Source: Rhodosorus marinus CCMP1338
Lineage: Eukaryota > Plantae > Rhodophyta
NCBI GenBank assembly: GCA_029953675.1
Contig: JAMWBK010000002.1
Span: 744,001 to 808,000 of the forward strand
Length of the DNA stretch: 64,000 bases
Reading direction: 5' to 3'
Made by a program: the position numbers and the translations under genes. Below, one piece after another: positions 63,591 to 64,000 of this stretch. Every line of letters begins with the position of its first letter. The stretch's first letter is position 1. The notes under the pieces are model-generated. The model was not told where the DNA came from, searched no databases, and saw only the letters and a list, made by a program, of their open reading frames with translations.

Positions 63591-64000
63591 TCATGCCACT
63601 AGGTGAGGACGATCTACAACACCCAGGCCAGGTGTAAAAGCCATCATCCTTTCCTTCGTGAGCGCCTTGGTTAACATATCTGCTGTCATCTCATCGGTGC
63701 TGAGATACCTTAGCTGTACCTCTTCCGATGTGCATCTCTCACGGGCGTATTGCAGCTTAACAGACACGTGACGCGACATCCTGCTATCTTCAGACGTCGC
63801 CCATCGCAAACACGACACATTGTCTGTGTACGCCACGAATGGCATACTTGTATTCCTCCCGGTCTCAGTGATGAACTCCTGAACCCACCGTTGGGTCGTC
63901 AACATATCCCCTAACGCCTGGTACTCTGCTTCCTCCGTCGACTGAGCAACGGCCCTCTGCTTCCACGACCTGTACGCCACCGGCGATCCGTTGACCATTA
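63591..64000 (-). CDS. Copia-type RNase H domain (C-terminus of Pol)
   Basis: SWKQRAVAQSTEEAEY, YTDNVSC, SRHVSVKLQYARE, LRYLSTDEMTADMLTKAL are Ty1/copia RNase H signature segments. Confidence 0.93.
   Translation of the reverse strand, partial: MVNGSPVAYRSWKQRAVAQSTEEAEYQALGDMLTTQRWVQEFITETGRNTSMPFVAYTDNVSCLRWATSEDSRMSRHVSVKLQYARERCTSEEVQLRYLSTDEMTADMLTKALTKERMMAFTPGLGVVDRPHLVA

Larger units (their letters stand above)
63316..64000 (-). mobile_element. Ty1/copia LTR retrotransposon, 3' end (truncated by window)
   Basis: RNase H ORF, polypurine tract and LTR in canonical order on the minus strand. Confidence 0.9.

Noticed and set aside
1-64000. tRNA, rRNA or snRNA genes; clustering of three pseudoenzymes as one system
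   Set aside because: No convincing T-loop/cloverleaf or U-snRNA signature was found by eye. The pseudoenzymes act in unrelated pathways and compartments, so co-location is likely coincidence.

Overview
Gene-dense eukaryotic nuclear DNA with short (~60-100 nt) GT-AG introns and AT-rich spacers. It is most likely from a red alga, inferred from cytosolic DPE2 and transit-peptide-like N-termini without signal peptides. Genes in order: S-adenosylmethionine decarboxylase fused in frame, via an intron, to an ornithine-decarboxylase-like domain that has lost its PLP-binding residues; Spp2/MOS2-type G-patch protein with a probable Arg-Asp tail; type II membrane glycosyltransferase; TIMELESS/Tof1 with paired upstream E2F-type sites; a small orphan ORF; a bacterial-type HNH endonuclease with introns; a C2H2 zinc-finger protein; phytochelatin synthase with an acidic repeat tail; DPE2 4-alpha-glucanotransferase; a 16.7 kb TRRAP/Tra1 gene carrying a ~1000 aa Q/PTQ/ATPAT repeat insertion; a PPR protein; an ISE2/HelY-like helicase homolog with degenerate ATPase motifs; and the 3' end of a Ty1/copia retrotransposon. 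The most striking observation is the AdoMetDC-pseudo-ODC fusion. Gene models were assembled by eye, and family assignments rest on remembered motifs, not database searches.
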